The notes under the pieces are model-generated. The model had not been told where the DNA came from, did not search any database, and saw nothing but the letters and a program-made list of their open reading frames with translations. Below are positions 29,206 through 39,039 of a stretch of 64,000 nucleotides of DNA, in pieces. The stretch is from NCBI GenBank assembly GCA_963728205.1, contig CAVSIV010000001.1, positions 480,001 to 544,000 on the forward strand. Reading direction: 5' to 3'. The DNA is from an uncultured Chloroflexia bacterium. GTDB lineage: Bacteria > Chloroflexota > Dehalococcoidia > UBA2979. How positions within the stretch are numbered: the first letter of the stretch is position 1; every line of letters starts with the position of its first letter. Both the position numbers and the translations under genes were made by a program.

Positions 29206-29934
29206 TCAGCGCTGCGAGATCGTCGATGCGCCCGTGGTCGACACGCTCCCGAGCGACGCCCCTCCGCCATAGAGGAGGCGCGACGCGCCCGAGAGGTCCA
29301 CGCGATCGATCGCGCCGCTGACCGTCACGTCCGCACTCGTGGCTCCGCTGAGCTCCACCGTCGCGTGCTGCAGCGTGCAGTCCCCCAGCGTGATCCGGCT
29401 GGCGCCCGAGCCCTTGAGCGACGCGGCGTCCGCGTGGCCGCTGAGGTCGACGCGGCTGGCGCCCGAGACGTCGACGCTCAGCTTCGCGCCCGCGACGTCG
29501 CCGCTCACCGTGCTCGCGCCCGACGCCGTGAGGTCGACCGTCCCGATCGACGTGAAGCCGGACATCGTCGCCCGGCTTGCGCCGCTGGCCGTCAGCGCGT
29601 CGAGCTCCGGCATCGTCACCTTCGCCCCGAGTGTGGTGGTCCCGATGAGCGTCGTGCCGTTGCGCATGCCGATGCGGAGCGTCGCGCCATCGCGCTCGAC
29701 CAGGATGTCGTCGAAGACGTTGTCGTCGGCGGTGACCGAGACTGCGAAGGTGTCGCCGCGTGAAACGTCCAGCTGGAACGCGCTCGACACGTCGACCGAG
29801 CGGAAGCCCGCGAGATCGTACGTGCGCGTCACGGCGTGGCCGGAGCCCGTGATCGCGTGTCCGCCGACATTCACGCCGCAGGCCACCGCGAGGAGCAGCA
29901 TCGCCTCGATCAACACGCACGCCAGCGCCCGCAT
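29206..29934 (-). CDS. DUF2807 (GIN-domain, beta-helix) lipoprotein
   Basis: Lipobox AVAC, repeated SGAS motifs, ITGSG..VTRTY. Confidence 0.85.
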   Translation of the reverse strand: MRALACVLIEAMLLLAVACGVNVGGHAITGSGHAVTRTYDLAGFRSVDVSSAFQLDVSRGDTFAVSVTADDNVFDDILVERDGATLRIGMRNGTTLIGTTTLGAKVTMPELDALTASGASRATMSGFTSIGTVDLTASGASTVSGDVAGAKLSVDVSGASRVDLSGHADAASLKGSGASRITLGDCTLQHATVELSGATSADVTVSGAIDRVDLSGASRLLYGGGASLGSVSTTGASTISQR

Positions 29935-30056
29935 GCTGTCCTCCCGTTCGCCGCGGCACGGGGCGAGGTCTCCACCCTAGGCGGCGTCGCGCCGCCCGGG
30001 CAGGGCGGTTCGTCGGTTTGCGGGGCGGACGAACGGCCCCGTGCGCCGGAGGGCGA

Positions 30057-31049
30057 TCAGCGCGGGGAGTCACCGCGTCGGTACTCGGCCGTCGCGTCGT
30101 CGAGTCGCGACTTGAGATCGGGGGACAGCGTCGCCTCCGCCGCGGCGAGGGTGGCGTCGAGCTGCTCGGGGCGGCTCGCGCCGACGATCGGCGCCGTGAT
30201 CACGGGGTTCGCCAGCACCCACGCGACGGCGAGCGTCGTCATGTCCATGCCGGCCTCCACGGCCAGCGGGCGCAGCTCCTCGACGGTGGCGAACTCGCGC
30301 TCGTGCCAGTAGCGGTCCTGGTAGCGCGGCCCGGCATTGCCGAGCGTGAAGCGCGATCCCTCCTCCGGACCGTCTTCGCGGCGGTGCTTGCCCGTGAGCA
30401 GGCCGCCGGCGAGCGGGTTGTAGGGGATCACGCCCACGCCCTCCTCGGCGCACAGCGGCAGCAGCTCGCGCTCGATCTCGCGGAAGAGCAGGTTGTAGCG
30501 CGGCTGCACGGAGTCGAAGCGAACGACCCCGAGCGTCTCGGAGCGGCCGATGGCGCGCGCCAGCCGGTACGCGAGGAAGTTCGACGCGCCCACGTACCGC
30601 ACCTTGCCGGCGCGCACCACGTCCTCGAGCGCGCGCACCGTCTCGTCGAGCGGCGTGCGCGGGTCGTCGCCGTGCAACTGGTAGAGGTCGATGTAGTCGG
30701 TCTGCAGCCGCCGCAGCGAGGCGTCGACGGCGTCGAGGATGTGCTTGCGCGAGTTGCCCTGGTCCCACGCCTGCGGGCCCATGCGGCCGCTGCACTTCGT
30801 GGCCACGACGAACGACTGGCGCTTGCCCTGCAGCCAGCGGCCGACGACCTCCTCGGTGCGGCCGACCGTCTCGAGGCCGCCGCCGAGCGGGTAGACATCC
30901 GCGGTGTCGAGGAAGGTGATGCCGCCGTCGGCGGCGCGATCGAGGATGGCGTGCGAGGTGGGCTCGTCGCACTGCAGGCCGAAGGTCATCGTGCCGAGGC
31001 AGAGGCGGGAGACCTGCAGGCCGGTGCGGCCGAGGCGGGTGTGTCGCAT
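30057..31049 (-). CDS. Aldo/keto reductase
   Basis: LGTMTFG, DTADVY, ATK, SLRRLQTDYIDLYQLH, GKVRYVGASN. Confidence 0.95.
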   Translation of the reverse strand: MRHTRLGRTGLQVSRLCLGTMTFGLQCDEPTSHAILDRAADGGITFLDTADVYPLGGGLETVGRTEEVVGRWLQGKRQSFVVATKCSGRMGPQAWDQGNSRKHILDAVDASLRRLQTDYIDLYQLHGDDPRTPLDETVRALEDVVRAGKVRYVGASNFLAYRLARAIGRSETLGVVRFDSVQPRYNLLFREIERELLPLCAEEGVGVIPYNPLAGGLLTGKHRREDGPEEGSRFTLGNAGPRYQDRYWHEREFATVEELRPLAVEAGMDMTTLAVAWVLANPVITAPIVGASRPEQLDATLAAAEATLSPDLKSRLDDATAEYRRGDSPR

Positions 31050-31100
31050 GAGGGGGCTCCGTTCGGTGCGTGGCGAGGATCGCACGGGACGCCCCGAGCG

Positions 31101-31388
31101 TCTCGTCGCAAGCGGCGGCAGACACGCCGCCGATTCCAGGCGGGCAGAAGCCCGCCGCTGATGTCGGTGGCATGTCTGCCGCCGCTGTGGCGGATGTTCG
31201 CCCGCGGGAAGTCGGCGGCGTGTCTGCCGCCGCTGTGGCGGGTGTGCGCCCGCGGGAAGTCGGCGGCGTGTCTGCCGCCGCTGTGGCCGGTGTGCGCCCG
31301 CGGGAAGTCGGCGGCGTGTCTGCCGCCGCTGTGGCCGGTGTGCGCCCGCGGGAAGTCGGCGGCGTGTCTGCCGCCGCTTGCCACGAGA
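31101..31388. repeat. Family A REP-like array: five 48-bp tandem units closed by 33-bp terminal inverted repeats
   Basis: GTCGGCGGCGTGTCTGCCGCCGCT-type cores at 31163, 31211, 31259, 31307, 31355; TIRs 31101-31133 and 31356-31388 (1 mismatch). Confidence 0.92.
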
Positions 31389-31419
31389 CTCCGGTGCGGT
31401 CGCGCGTGACAATGCGGCG

Positions 31420-32661
31420 ATGAGCCAACGCGCGCGTGGCATCCTCGGCGGGGCGACACGGACCGTGCTGCTGCTCGGGCTCGTCTCGCTGCTCACCGAC
31501 GTCTCGTCGGAGATGACGCTCAACGTCCTGCCGATCTTCCTCTCCGGCACGCTCGGCATCTCGGTCGCGACCATCGGCGTGATCGAAGGGGTGGGCGAGA
31601 GCACGGCCGCGGTGGTGCGGCTGTTCGCCGGCCAGCTATCCGACCGCCTGCCGCGTCGGTTGCCGCTCGTGATGGGCGGCTACGGGATCTCCGCCGCGAC
31701 GAAGCCGCTGTTCGCGCTCGTCACCGGGCCGTGGCTCGCCGGCTGGCTGCGCTTCGCCGACCGCGTCGGCAAGGGCGTGCGCACGCCGCCGCGCGACGCG
31801 CTGATCGCGGACGTGGCCAGCCAGGCGCGGCGCGGGCTGGCCTTCGGCATTCATCGCGCCTCGGACACGGCCGGGGCGGTGCTCGGGCTGCTCGGCGCCG
31901 CGTTCGTCGTGTGGATCGCCGGCGGCGGCATGGAGCTCTCGCGCGGCGAGTTCCAGCGCGTCGTCCTCGTGGCGACGGTACCGGCCGCCCTGGCGGTGCT
32001 CGTGCTGCTGCGCGTGCCCGAAACGCCGTCGGCGGAGCGGGCGCGGAGCGGGGCGCCCGGCTGGCGCCCGGCGCTGCCGAGCACGACCGCGGAGCGACGC
32101 TACCTGCTGGTGTTGTGGCTGTTCGCGCTCGGGAACTCGAGCGAGGCGTTCGTCGTGCTGCGCGTGTTCGACATCGGCGCCGGCGCCGTGGGCGCGCTGA
32201 TGGCGCTCGCGCTGATGAACACGGTGTACGCCGCGCTCTCGGCGCCGCTCGGCGCCTGGTCCGACCGCTTCCCGCGGCGCCGGCTGCTGATCGGCGGCTA
32301 CCTCGCGTACGCCGTGATCTACGGAGCGTTCGCGCTGGTCGGCGGCGTGGGGCAGGCGCTCGTGCTGCTCGTGCTGTACGGCGGGTACTACGGCGCGACC
32401 GAGGGCGCGAGCCGCGCGTTCGCCAGCGACCTGGCGCCGGCCGGCGAGCGCGGGCAGATGTACGGGTGGTTCCACGCGGTGACCGCGCTCGGGGCGCTGC
32501 CGGCGAGCGTGGTCGCGGGCTTCCTGTGGACCGCGGTCTCGCCGGGCGCCGCGTTCGCGTTCGGCGCGCTCGCGGCGCTCGCCGCGGCGGTGGTGCTGCT
32601 CACGGTGCGCCCCGGCGCGAAGTCCGCGGGCGCCGCGGAGGGTGCCGGGGCCGGCCCTTAG
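31420..32661 (+). CDS. MFS transporter
   Basis: TDVSSEM, DRVGKGVRTPPRDALIAD, AFGIHRASDTAGAV, GNSSEAF. Confidence 0.9.
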   Translation: MSQRARGILGGATRTVLLLGLVSLLTDVSSEMTLNVLPIFLSGTLGISVATIGVIEGVGESTAAVVRLFAGQLSDRLPRRLPLVMGGYGISAATKPLFALVTGPWLAGWLRFADRVGKGVRTPPRDALIADVASQARRGLAFGIHRASDTAGAVLGLLGAAFVVWIAGGGMELSRGEFQRVVLVATVPAALAVLVLLRVPETPSAERARSGAPGWRPALPSTTAERRYLLVLWLFALGNSSEAFVVLRVFDIGAGAVGALMALALMNTVYAALSAPLGAWSDRFPRRRLLIGGYLAYAVIYGAFALVGGVGQALVLLVLYGGYYGATEGASRAFASDLAPAGERGQMYGWFHAVTALGALPASVVAGFLWTAVSPGAAFAFGALAALAAAVVLLTVRPGAKSAGAAEGAGAGP

Positions 32662-33011
32662 TCGTCGCCCTCGCGGGTCTCGCGGCCGCGGTAGATCCAG
32701 ATGTCGACCGGCTCCGCCGTCACGAGGCCCTCGTGGACCAGGGCGTCGATGGTCTCGCGGAACTCCTCGATCTTCGCTGCGTGATCGACGATCTCGATCA
32801 GCATGGGGAGGTCCTGCGAGAGGCGCAGGATCTTCGTGGTGTGGATGCGGCTGCTCTCGCCGAAGCCGGCGACGCCGCGCATCACGGTGACGCCGGCGAG
32901 CCCGGCCTCGCGCGCGCGCATCAGGATCTCCTCCCACAGCGGGCGATGGCCGACGTGATCCGATTCGCCGACGTAGATGCGGAGGAGGAGGCCCTGGCTG
33001 TTCTCGTCCAT
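32658..33011 (-). CDS. DUF190 (PII-like) protein
   Basis: LLRIYVGESD, GVTVMRGVAGFG, LSQDLPMLIEIVD; usual crcB partner. Confidence 0.92.
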   Translation of the reverse strand: MDENSQGLLLRIYVGESDHVGHRPLWEEILMRAREAGLAGVTVMRGVAGFGESSRIHTTKILRLSQDLPMLIEIVDHAAKIEEFRETIDALVHEGLVTAEPVDIWIYRGRETREGDD

Positions 33012-33028
33012 GCGTGCGCTCCCGGTGC

Positions 33029-33394
33029 TCAGACGCGGGCGAGTGCCTGCCCCGCCCACGCGAGGAGGACACCGCCGACGACGCTGACCGTGACGTTGAG
33101 GAGGGCGAGGCCCCAGTCGCCCTCGTTGAGGAGGTTGACCGTCTCGAGGCTGAACGTGGAGAAGGTGGTGTAGGCGCCGAGCACGCCCACGGTGAGGGCG
33201 ACGCGCAGCTCGGGGGGCATCGTCGTGCGCTCGAGCAGGAACGAGGCGAGGAAGCCGAGCACGAAGGCGCCGCTGAGGTTCACGACGAGGGTGCCGGTGG
33301 GGAACGTCATGCCGCCGACCTGCGCCGCGCGGCCGACGCCGTAGCGCATGAGCGCGCCGGCCGCGCCGCCGATCGCGATCAGGACGAGCTGCAT
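33029..33394 (-). CDS. crcB: Fluoride efflux channel Fluc/CrcB
   Basis: GGAAGALMRY, FPTGTLVVN, GAYTTFSTF. Confidence 0.95.
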   Translation of the reverse strand: MQLVLIAIGGAAGALMRYGVGRAAQVGGMTFPTGTLVVNLSGAFVLGFLASFLLERTTMPPELRVALTVGVLGAYTTFSTFSLETVNLLNEGDWGLALLNVTVSVVGGVLLAWAGQALARV

Positions 33395-33426
33395 GCCGCG
33401 TACTGTGCGTACCGCGCACGACAGTG

Positions 33427-33577
33427 GCAAGCGGCGGCGGACAGGCCGCCGATGTGAGGGCGCCGCCGCGCCCTTCCGCATCGGCCGCGCGGGATGGACG
33501 GCGGGGGCAGCGCGGCGGCGCGGTTGGCGGCGGCCGATGGCCGCCGGGACATCGGCCGCATGTCTGCCGCCGCTTGC
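33427..33577. repeat. Family A REP-like inverted pair
   Basis: 33427-33455 and 33549-33577 are 29-bp inverted copies with 3 mismatches. Confidence 0.8.
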
Positions 33578-33598
33578 GACGGGCGATCGGGGCGCGAG

Positions 33599-34033
33599 CT
33601 ACCAGGCGGAGCGCGAGCCGGCGCTCGCCGGCTGCAGCTCCTTCTCGAGCACGATGTCGCCCTCGGGGAGGTAGCCCGCCTCCGCGGCGAGCGCCAGGCC
33701 GGCGGTGTTCTGCTGGTTGATCTCGAGGTAGATGCGCCGCGCGCCGCTCGCGCGCAGATGCGCCTCGCCGGCGTTCATCAGCTGCCGACCCAGCCCCGAG
33801 CGGCGCCGGTCCGCGGCGACGGCCACGTGGTAGATGTACGCGCGCCAGCCGTCGAAGGTCGCGACCACGGTGCCGACGATGCGGTCGGCGTCCTGGGCGA
33901 CGAGCACGAGGTTGTACGGCCCATCGACCAGCGCCTCCCACTCGTCGTCCTGGGTGCGTTCGAGGCCGGCCTCCTCCCAGAGCGCGAGCACGCGTGCGCG
34001 GTCGCGGCGCTCGGCGCGGCGAAACACGGCCAT
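33599..34033 (-). CDS. GNAT acetyltransferase
   Basis: FDGWRAYIYHVAV..DRRRSGLGRQL. Confidence 0.88.
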   Translation of the reverse strand: MAVFRRAERRDRARVLALWEEAGLERTQDDEWEALVDGPYNLVLVAQDADRIVGTVVATFDGWRAYIYHVAVAADRRRSGLGRQLMNAGEAHLRASGARRIYLEINQQNTAGLALAAEAGYLPEGDIVLEKELQPASAGSRSAW

Positions 34034-34096
34034 GGTGGTCCTCCCTCAGGGCGCGCGCCGAACGTAGCACGTGCCCCGCGCCCGGGACGCAGGGCG

Positions 34097-35008
34097 TCAG
34101 CCCTGCGCCGCGCGCTCCTTCTCGTGGTCGGCAAGCGTCTTGCCCGCGGCCCACATCGGCTGCGCGCCCTCGAGGCTCGTGATCTGCGACCACTGCTCCT
34201 GGATCCACTCGGCGTCCCTGGGCTCGCCCAGGCCCGGCTGCACCCCGGGGCCCTTCACCAGCACCGCGCGATTGAAGTTGCCCGCGCCCGCCTCGATCAC
34301 GAGGCCGCTGTCGGTGTTCGCCTCCGAGGCCATGTAGACGACCGCCGGCACGACGTACTCCGGCTTCAGCCGCTCCACCATCTCCGGGGTCATGACCGTG
34401 GCGGTGAGCCGCGTGCCGGCGACCGGCGCCACCGTGTTCACCATCACGTTGTACTTCGCGCCCTCCTGCTTGAGGACGTTCATCAGGCCGAGCATCGACG
34501 TCTTCGCCGCGCCGTAGTTCGCCTGGCCGAACTGGCCCCAGATGCCGGACGACGAGCTCGTGAGCACGACGCGCCCGTACGACTGCTGCCGGAACACCGG
34601 CCACGCGTGGCGCAGGATGTCGAACGCGCCCTTGGCGTGGACCGCGAAGATCGCGTCCCAGTCGTTCTCGTCCATGTTGTGCATCGCCTTGTCGCGCAGG
34701 ATGCCGGCGTTGCAGATCACGACGTCGAGGCGGCCCCACTTGTCGATGGCGCCGCGCACCATCTCGAGGCCGTCGTCGTAGCTCGAGACGCTGCCGAAGT
34801 TCGCGATCGCCTCGCCGCCGGCCGCGGTGATCTCGTCGACGACCTTCTGCGCGGGCGCGGCGTCCTCGCCGCGGCCGGCGGGGTCGCCGCCGAGGTCGTT
34901 CACGACGACGCGCGCGCCGCGCTTCGCGAGGTCGAGCGCGTAGGCGCGGCCGAGGCCCTGCCCGGCGCCGGTGACGAGCGCGACCCGTCCTTCGAATGAG
35001 ATGGCCAT
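34097..35008 (-). CDS. SDR oxidoreductase (MFE-2-like 3-hydroxyacyl-CoA dehydrogenase domain)
   Basis: TGAGQGLG, VVVNDLGG, NAGILRD, GQANYGAAK. Confidence 0.92.
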   Translation of the reverse strand: MAISFEGRVALVTGAGQGLGRAYALDLAKRGARVVVNDLGGDPAGRGEDAAPAQKVVDEITAAGGEAIANFGSVSSYDDGLEMVRGAIDKWGRLDVVICNAGILRDKAMHNMDENDWDAIFAVHAKGAFDILRHAWPVFRQQSYGRVVLTSSSSGIWGQFGQANYGAAKTSMLGLMNVLKQEGAKYNVMVNTVAPVAGTRLTATVMTPEMVERLKPEYVVPAVVYMASEANTDSGLVIEAGAGNFNRAVLVKGPGVQPGLGEPRDAEWIQEQWSQITSLEGAQPMWAAGKTLADHEKERAAQG

Positions 35009-35116
35009 GAAGCATCCTCCGTCGTCTGAGCGACCAGCTGGTGGCGCGTGGATGGTCGGGGCGTGCACCCATTCTGACCGCGCAAACGGGCTGGCGCGAG
35101 CGGGTGGACGGGGGGA

Positions 35117-36028
35117 TCAGGCGGGCGGCGGCAGGTGTCGCTTCGCGATCCGACAGGCGACCGTGTACGCGGGGTCGAACACGTTGCCGATGTCGTACTC
35201 GACGCACTGGCCGAGCAGGTGGCTCGCCACGGCCGCGTCGATGCGGTAGTCCACCTCGAGCCAGCGCAGCAGCTCAGACGTCGCGTGTTGCAGCGCCTGC
35301 TCGAGCGGCCGCGCGTTGCCGAGCGCGAACAGATGCTCCGCCGTCTCGCCGCGCGGCCAACCGGGGGCCGCGCCCTTGCGGACATCGACCGTCAGCGCGA
35401 CGTCCATCGAGATCTCGACGCCGGTGCCGACGATCTCGCCCTCGCCCTGCACGGCGTGGCCGTCGCCGAGGTGCAGCAGCGCGCCGGGCGCGAAGACGGG
35501 GAAGAAGAGCGTGGCGCCGGGCTCGACGCCGGGGTAGTCCATGTTGCCGCCGTACGGGCCGGAGGTCGCGGTCGAGATCGCCTGGCCGTGGGCGGGCGCC
35601 ACGCCGAGGCAGCCGAGCATCGGCCGCAGCGCGACCGCGATCACCGGCAGCGCCTCGTGCGCCGTGCGCAGGCGGGCGACGTTGCGCTCGACGTCCACCT
35701 CCCAGTCGATGCGCCCGCGCTCGGGCAGGCGCGGCACGTCGGGCGGGTCCACGACGTGCGGGGCGATGGCGGTGCTCGTGAAGCCGTGCGCGCGGTTCGG
35801 GACGACGTCGTCGATGCGCACGACGAGCGCGTCGCCGGGCTCGGCGCCCTCGACGAAGAACGGACCCGTGAGCGGGTTGCCGGGCTCGGTGACGGGCTCG
35901 CCGAGGCGGTCGGCGCCGCCGGCGTCGACGGTCGTGGTGACGATGGTGTCGCCGGGTCGGACGCGCAGGACGGGCTCGTGGGAGCCGAACGTGCGGTGGT
36001 AGCGGGTGGGCTGGAAGCGGTGTTCCAT
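35117..36028 (-). CDS. Acetamidase/formamidase family protein
   Basis: NPLTGPFFVEGAEPGD, GGNMD, GDGHAVQGEGE. Confidence 0.9.
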   Translation of the reverse strand: MEHRFQPTRYHRTFGSHEPVLRVRPGDTIVTTTVDAGGADRLGEPVTEPGNPLTGPFFVEGAEPGDALVVRIDDVVPNRAHGFTSTAIAPHVVDPPDVPRLPERGRIDWEVDVERNVARLRTAHEALPVIAVALRPMLGCLGVAPAHGQAISTATSGPYGGNMDYPGVEPGATLFFPVFAPGALLHLGDGHAVQGEGEIVGTGVEISMDVALTVDVRKGAAPGWPRGETAEHLFALGNARPLEQALQHATSELLRWLEVDYRIDAAVASHLLGQCVEYDIGNVFDPAYTVACRIAKRHLPPPA

Positions 36029-36245
36029 CGGCGCGGCTCCTCACGGTCCGCACGGATCGTACCCGTCGGGGCGCTGCTGCCCCGGGCCCCGAGGCCCCCG
36101 GGCGAGCAACGAGCCGGCGGCCCGCTGGTGGCGTGCTGCGGCCGTGCCCCCCGCCAGCCCGCCAATCTCGGTACTGCCGCCGGTGAGCCGCCAGCCCGCT
36201 GGTATCGTGACCGGCGCCAGCAAACCGCCACGGAACGAGCCGCAC

Positions 36246-37250
36246 ATGCCCCTCGTCACCCGGTCCTTCCGCGCGAGCGACGTCGACGCGGCGGCTGCAC
36301 TGCTCGCCGCGCGCCACCGTCGCGACCGCGTGCGCCTCGCCATGCTCCCCGCGCGCTTCGAGTCGCCCGGCGACTGCGCGGACCTGCTGCGAAGCGCGAT
36401 GGACTACGGCCACGGCGTCGCGGCCGAGCGCGACGGGCGGGTCGCCGGATTCCTCTTCTCGCTCGACATGCTCCTCGGCCCCGACCGCCACAACGTGCGC
36501 TTCCAGCCGCCGCGCTCCGCGATGTTGTTCGCGCACGGCCATGCCGTCGACGTCGCGGAGGACGCGTTCGCGGTGTACGCGGCGCTCTATGCCGCGCAGG
36601 CCGAGCGGCTCGTCAATCGCGGCATCCTCGGCCACACCGTCCACCTGCCGGCGGGCGATCCGGCGCTGGACGCCGCGTGGGCGGACCTCGGATTCGGGCG
36701 CACCGGCGCCTTCGCCGCGCGGGACCTCGCGCCGCTCACCCGTCCGGGCGCCGCCGACGTCGAGGTGCGCGAGGCGACGCCCGAGGACATCGACACCGTC
36801 CTGCGTCTGCAGGACGAGGAGGCGCGCTACCACTCGCGCGCGCCGGTCTTCCACGCGTACGTCGCGGCCGACACCGCGGCCGGGATGCGGCGCGACGCCG
36901 CGCTGCTCGCTGCCGACGACTCCGTCGCGCTGCTCGGCGCGCTCGACGGCCGCGACGTGGGGCTGGTGACGGTCTCGCCCCCGTCGGGCGGCCCGCTCTC
37001 GGTACCCGACGGCGCCGTCACGATCGGCGAGGCGGCGGTGCTGGAGGAAGCGCGCGGCCGCGGCGTGGGCGCGGCGCTGGTCGACCGCGCGCTCGCGTGG
37101 GGCCGCGCGCGGGACCGCGACTACGCGGTGCTGCACTTCTCGATCGGCAACCGGCTGTCGCGGCCGTTCTGGCTGGGGCTCGGGTTCACGCCGCTGCTGT
37201 GGCACCTCCATCGGCACCTCGACCCGCGGATGACGTGGGCGCGCGGCTGA
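36246..37250 (+). CDS. GNAT acetyltransferase (two-domain)
   Basis: C-terminal AVLEEARGRGVGAALV...NRLSRPFW..LGF. Confidence 0.85.
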   Translation: MPLVTRSFRASDVDAAAALLAARHRRDRVRLAMLPARFESPGDCADLLRSAMDYGHGVAAERDGRVAGFLFSLDMLLGPDRHNVRFQPPRSAMLFAHGHAVDVAEDAFAVYAALYAAQAERLVNRGILGHTVHLPAGDPALDAAWADLGFGRTGAFAARDLAPLTRPGAADVEVREATPEDIDTVLRLQDEEARYHSRAPVFHAYVAADTAAGMRRDAALLAADDSVALLGALDGRDVGLVTVSPPSGGPLSVPDGAVTIGEAAVLEEARGRGVGAALVDRALAWGRARDRDYAVLHFSIGNRLSRPFWLGLGFTPLLWHLHRHLDPRMTWARG

Positions 37251-37276
37251 CGACCGTCGGCGCTCACGCCCGGCGG

Positions 37277-37566
37277 CGGCGAGCGGAGGGCGTGTCGCCC
37301 TCCGACTGCGCGTGGGTGTCCCCGGGGTTCGCGCGCCCGACGGCGAGCGGAGGGCGTGTCGCCCTCCGACTTCGCCGTGCGCATCCCCGGGGTTCGCGCG
37401 CCCGGACGGCGAGCGGAGGGCGTGTCGCCCTCCGACTTCGCCGTGCGTATCCCCGGGGTTCGCGCGCCCGGACGGCAAGCGGAGGGCGTGTCGCCCTCCG
37501 ACTGCGCATGGGTATCCCCGGGGTTCGCGCGCGTGAGTCGGAGGGCCGCAGGCCCTCCGCTCGCCG
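37277..37566. repeat. Family B REP-like array: four direct 64-66-bp units plus one inverted copy, between convergent genes
   Basis: CGGCGAGCGGAGGGCGTGTCGCCCTCCGACT at 37277, 37341, 37407, 37473; inverted copy 37536-37566; near-identical spacers. Confidence 0.92.
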
Positions 37567-37582
37567 TCGCCGTCGCCACCCG

Positions 37583-38965
37583 TTACGCCGCCGGCGTGAG
37601 CCGCATCGCCGCGACCGTGCCCACCGCGCCGACCGCCGCCATCAGCACGAACGTCGCCGCCACCGCCGCCGCCCGCGGATCGTCGGCCGCGCCGAGCACC
37701 ACCAGCGTGCCCCCGATGCCCGTCCCGGCCGCGGCGCCGAGCGTCTCCGACACCTTCATCGACGACGCCGCCGCGCCCTCGCGACCGCGCGCCGCGAGCG
37801 ACAGCACGATCAGCGAGTAGCTCTGGTACGCCATCCCGATGCCGAACCCGGCGATCGCCCAGGCCACCGCGGCGACCGCGACCGGCACCGCGGGAAACAC
37901 CGCGGCCGTCATCGTGCCGATGCCGACGACCACCAGCGCCATGCCGGCGCGCGCCGTGACCCGCCGGTCGACGCGCCCCGCGAGCCGCTCCTGCAGCCAC
38001 GATCCCGACGTCCACGCCAGCGTCGCCGTCGTCAGCACCACGCCCGCCATCACCGTCGACTGTCCGCGCTGGGTCGTGAGCATGAGCGGGACGAAGGCGT
38101 CGGCGCCGAAGAACGCCATGTTCAGCAGCCCGTGGCCCGCGATCGCCGCCGGCAGGCCGCCCGCGGCGCGCAGCGTCCCGGCCGGCACGAGCCGGCGAAA
38201 CGCCGGCAGCGCCGCCGCGACGCCGACCGCCACGAGCGCCAGCCCCGGCAGGCTCTGCGTCGACAGCCCCGCCAGCGCCAGCGCCGCCCCCGCCGCGAGC
38301 TGCAGCGCGGGCAGCGTCGGCGCGCCGCCGCCGGCCGGCTCGTCGGGCGGGCCCAGCCGCGCGAGCGTGCCCAGGGTCATCGCCGCGACCAGCACCAGCA
38401 GCGGCAGCAGCCCGAGGAACACGAGCCGCCACGTCGCGTATTCCGCGACCGCGCCGGCCAGCGCCGGCCCGATCAGCCCCGGCACGACCCATGCCGTCGA
38501 CAGCAGCGCGAACATCCGCGGCCGCAGCGACTCCGGGTACGCGCGCCCGATCACCACGTAGGCGACCGACGGCACGCTGCCGGCTCCCAGCCCCTGCACC
38601 GTGCGCGCCAGCACGAGCACGAGCATCGACGGCGCGAGTCCGCCGGCGAGCAGCCCCGCGCCGAACAGCACGAGCCCCACGGCGAAGGGGCGAGCCGGGC
38701 CGTGACGGTCGGCCTCGTGGCCGGCCCACGCGATGCCGACGAGGCTCGCGAGCAGGAACGCGCCGAAGGCCCAGCCGTAGAGGCGCAGCCCGCCGATGTC
38801 GCGCTCGGCGGCCGGCAGCACGGTGGCGACGGCGAGCGCCTCGAACGCGACGAGCGTGAGCACGAGCAGCAGCCCGAACGAGAGCGCGCGCAGGGGCGGG
38901 GCGAAGACGCCGCTCGCCGTCTCGAATCCCGCCGCGCGCGCGCCGGCGTCCGTGGACACGCTCAC
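37583..38965 (-). CDS. MFS transporter
   Basis: AFEALAVATVLP, ADRHGPAR, LARTVQGLGAG, PGLIGPALAG; many TM segments. Confidence 0.88.
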   Translation of the reverse strand: MSVSTDAGARAAGFETASGVFAPPLRALSFGLLLVLTLVAFEALAVATVLPAAERDIGGLRLYGWAFGAFLLASLVGIAWAGHEADRHGPARPFAVGLVLFGAGLLAGGLAPSMLVLVLARTVQGLGAGSVPSVAYVVIGRAYPESLRPRMFALLSTAWVVPGLIGPALAGAVAEYATWRLVFLGLLPLLVLVAAMTLGTLARLGPPDEPAGGGAPTLPALQLAAGAALALAGLSTQSLPGLALVAVGVAAALPAFRRLVPAGTLRAAGGLPAAIAGHGLLNMAFFGADAFVPLMLTTQRGQSTVMAGVVLTTATLAWTSGSWLQERLAGRVDRRVTARAGMALVVVGIGTMTAAVFPAVPVAVAAVAWAIAGFGIGMAYQSYSLIVLSLAARGREGAAASSMKVSETLGAAAGTGIGGTLVVLGAADDPRAAAVAATFVLMAAVGAVGTVAAMRLTPAA

Positions 38966-39039
38966 CCTCCGGCGGCGCGTCCGCGCGCCGCGGCAGCGAC
39001 GGTACCGGATCGCCCGCGCCGGCGGCGCGGCGCGCGCGG

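Noticed and set aside
31101-31388. CRISPR array
   Set aside because: Spacers are near-identical, one copy is inverted, the repeat is dispersed elsewhere in the window and there are no cas genes.
33395-33598. Fluoride riboswitch upstream of crcB
   Set aside because: No GGCGATGG...GTTCGCC/GATGAC-type consensus seen on the minus strand; the region is occupied by a family A repeat pair.
37277-37566. CRISPR array (31-bp palindromic repeat, ~65-bp period)
   Set aside because: The period is CRISPR-like, but spacers are near-copies of each other, the array ends in an inverted unit, and there is no leader or cas gene.
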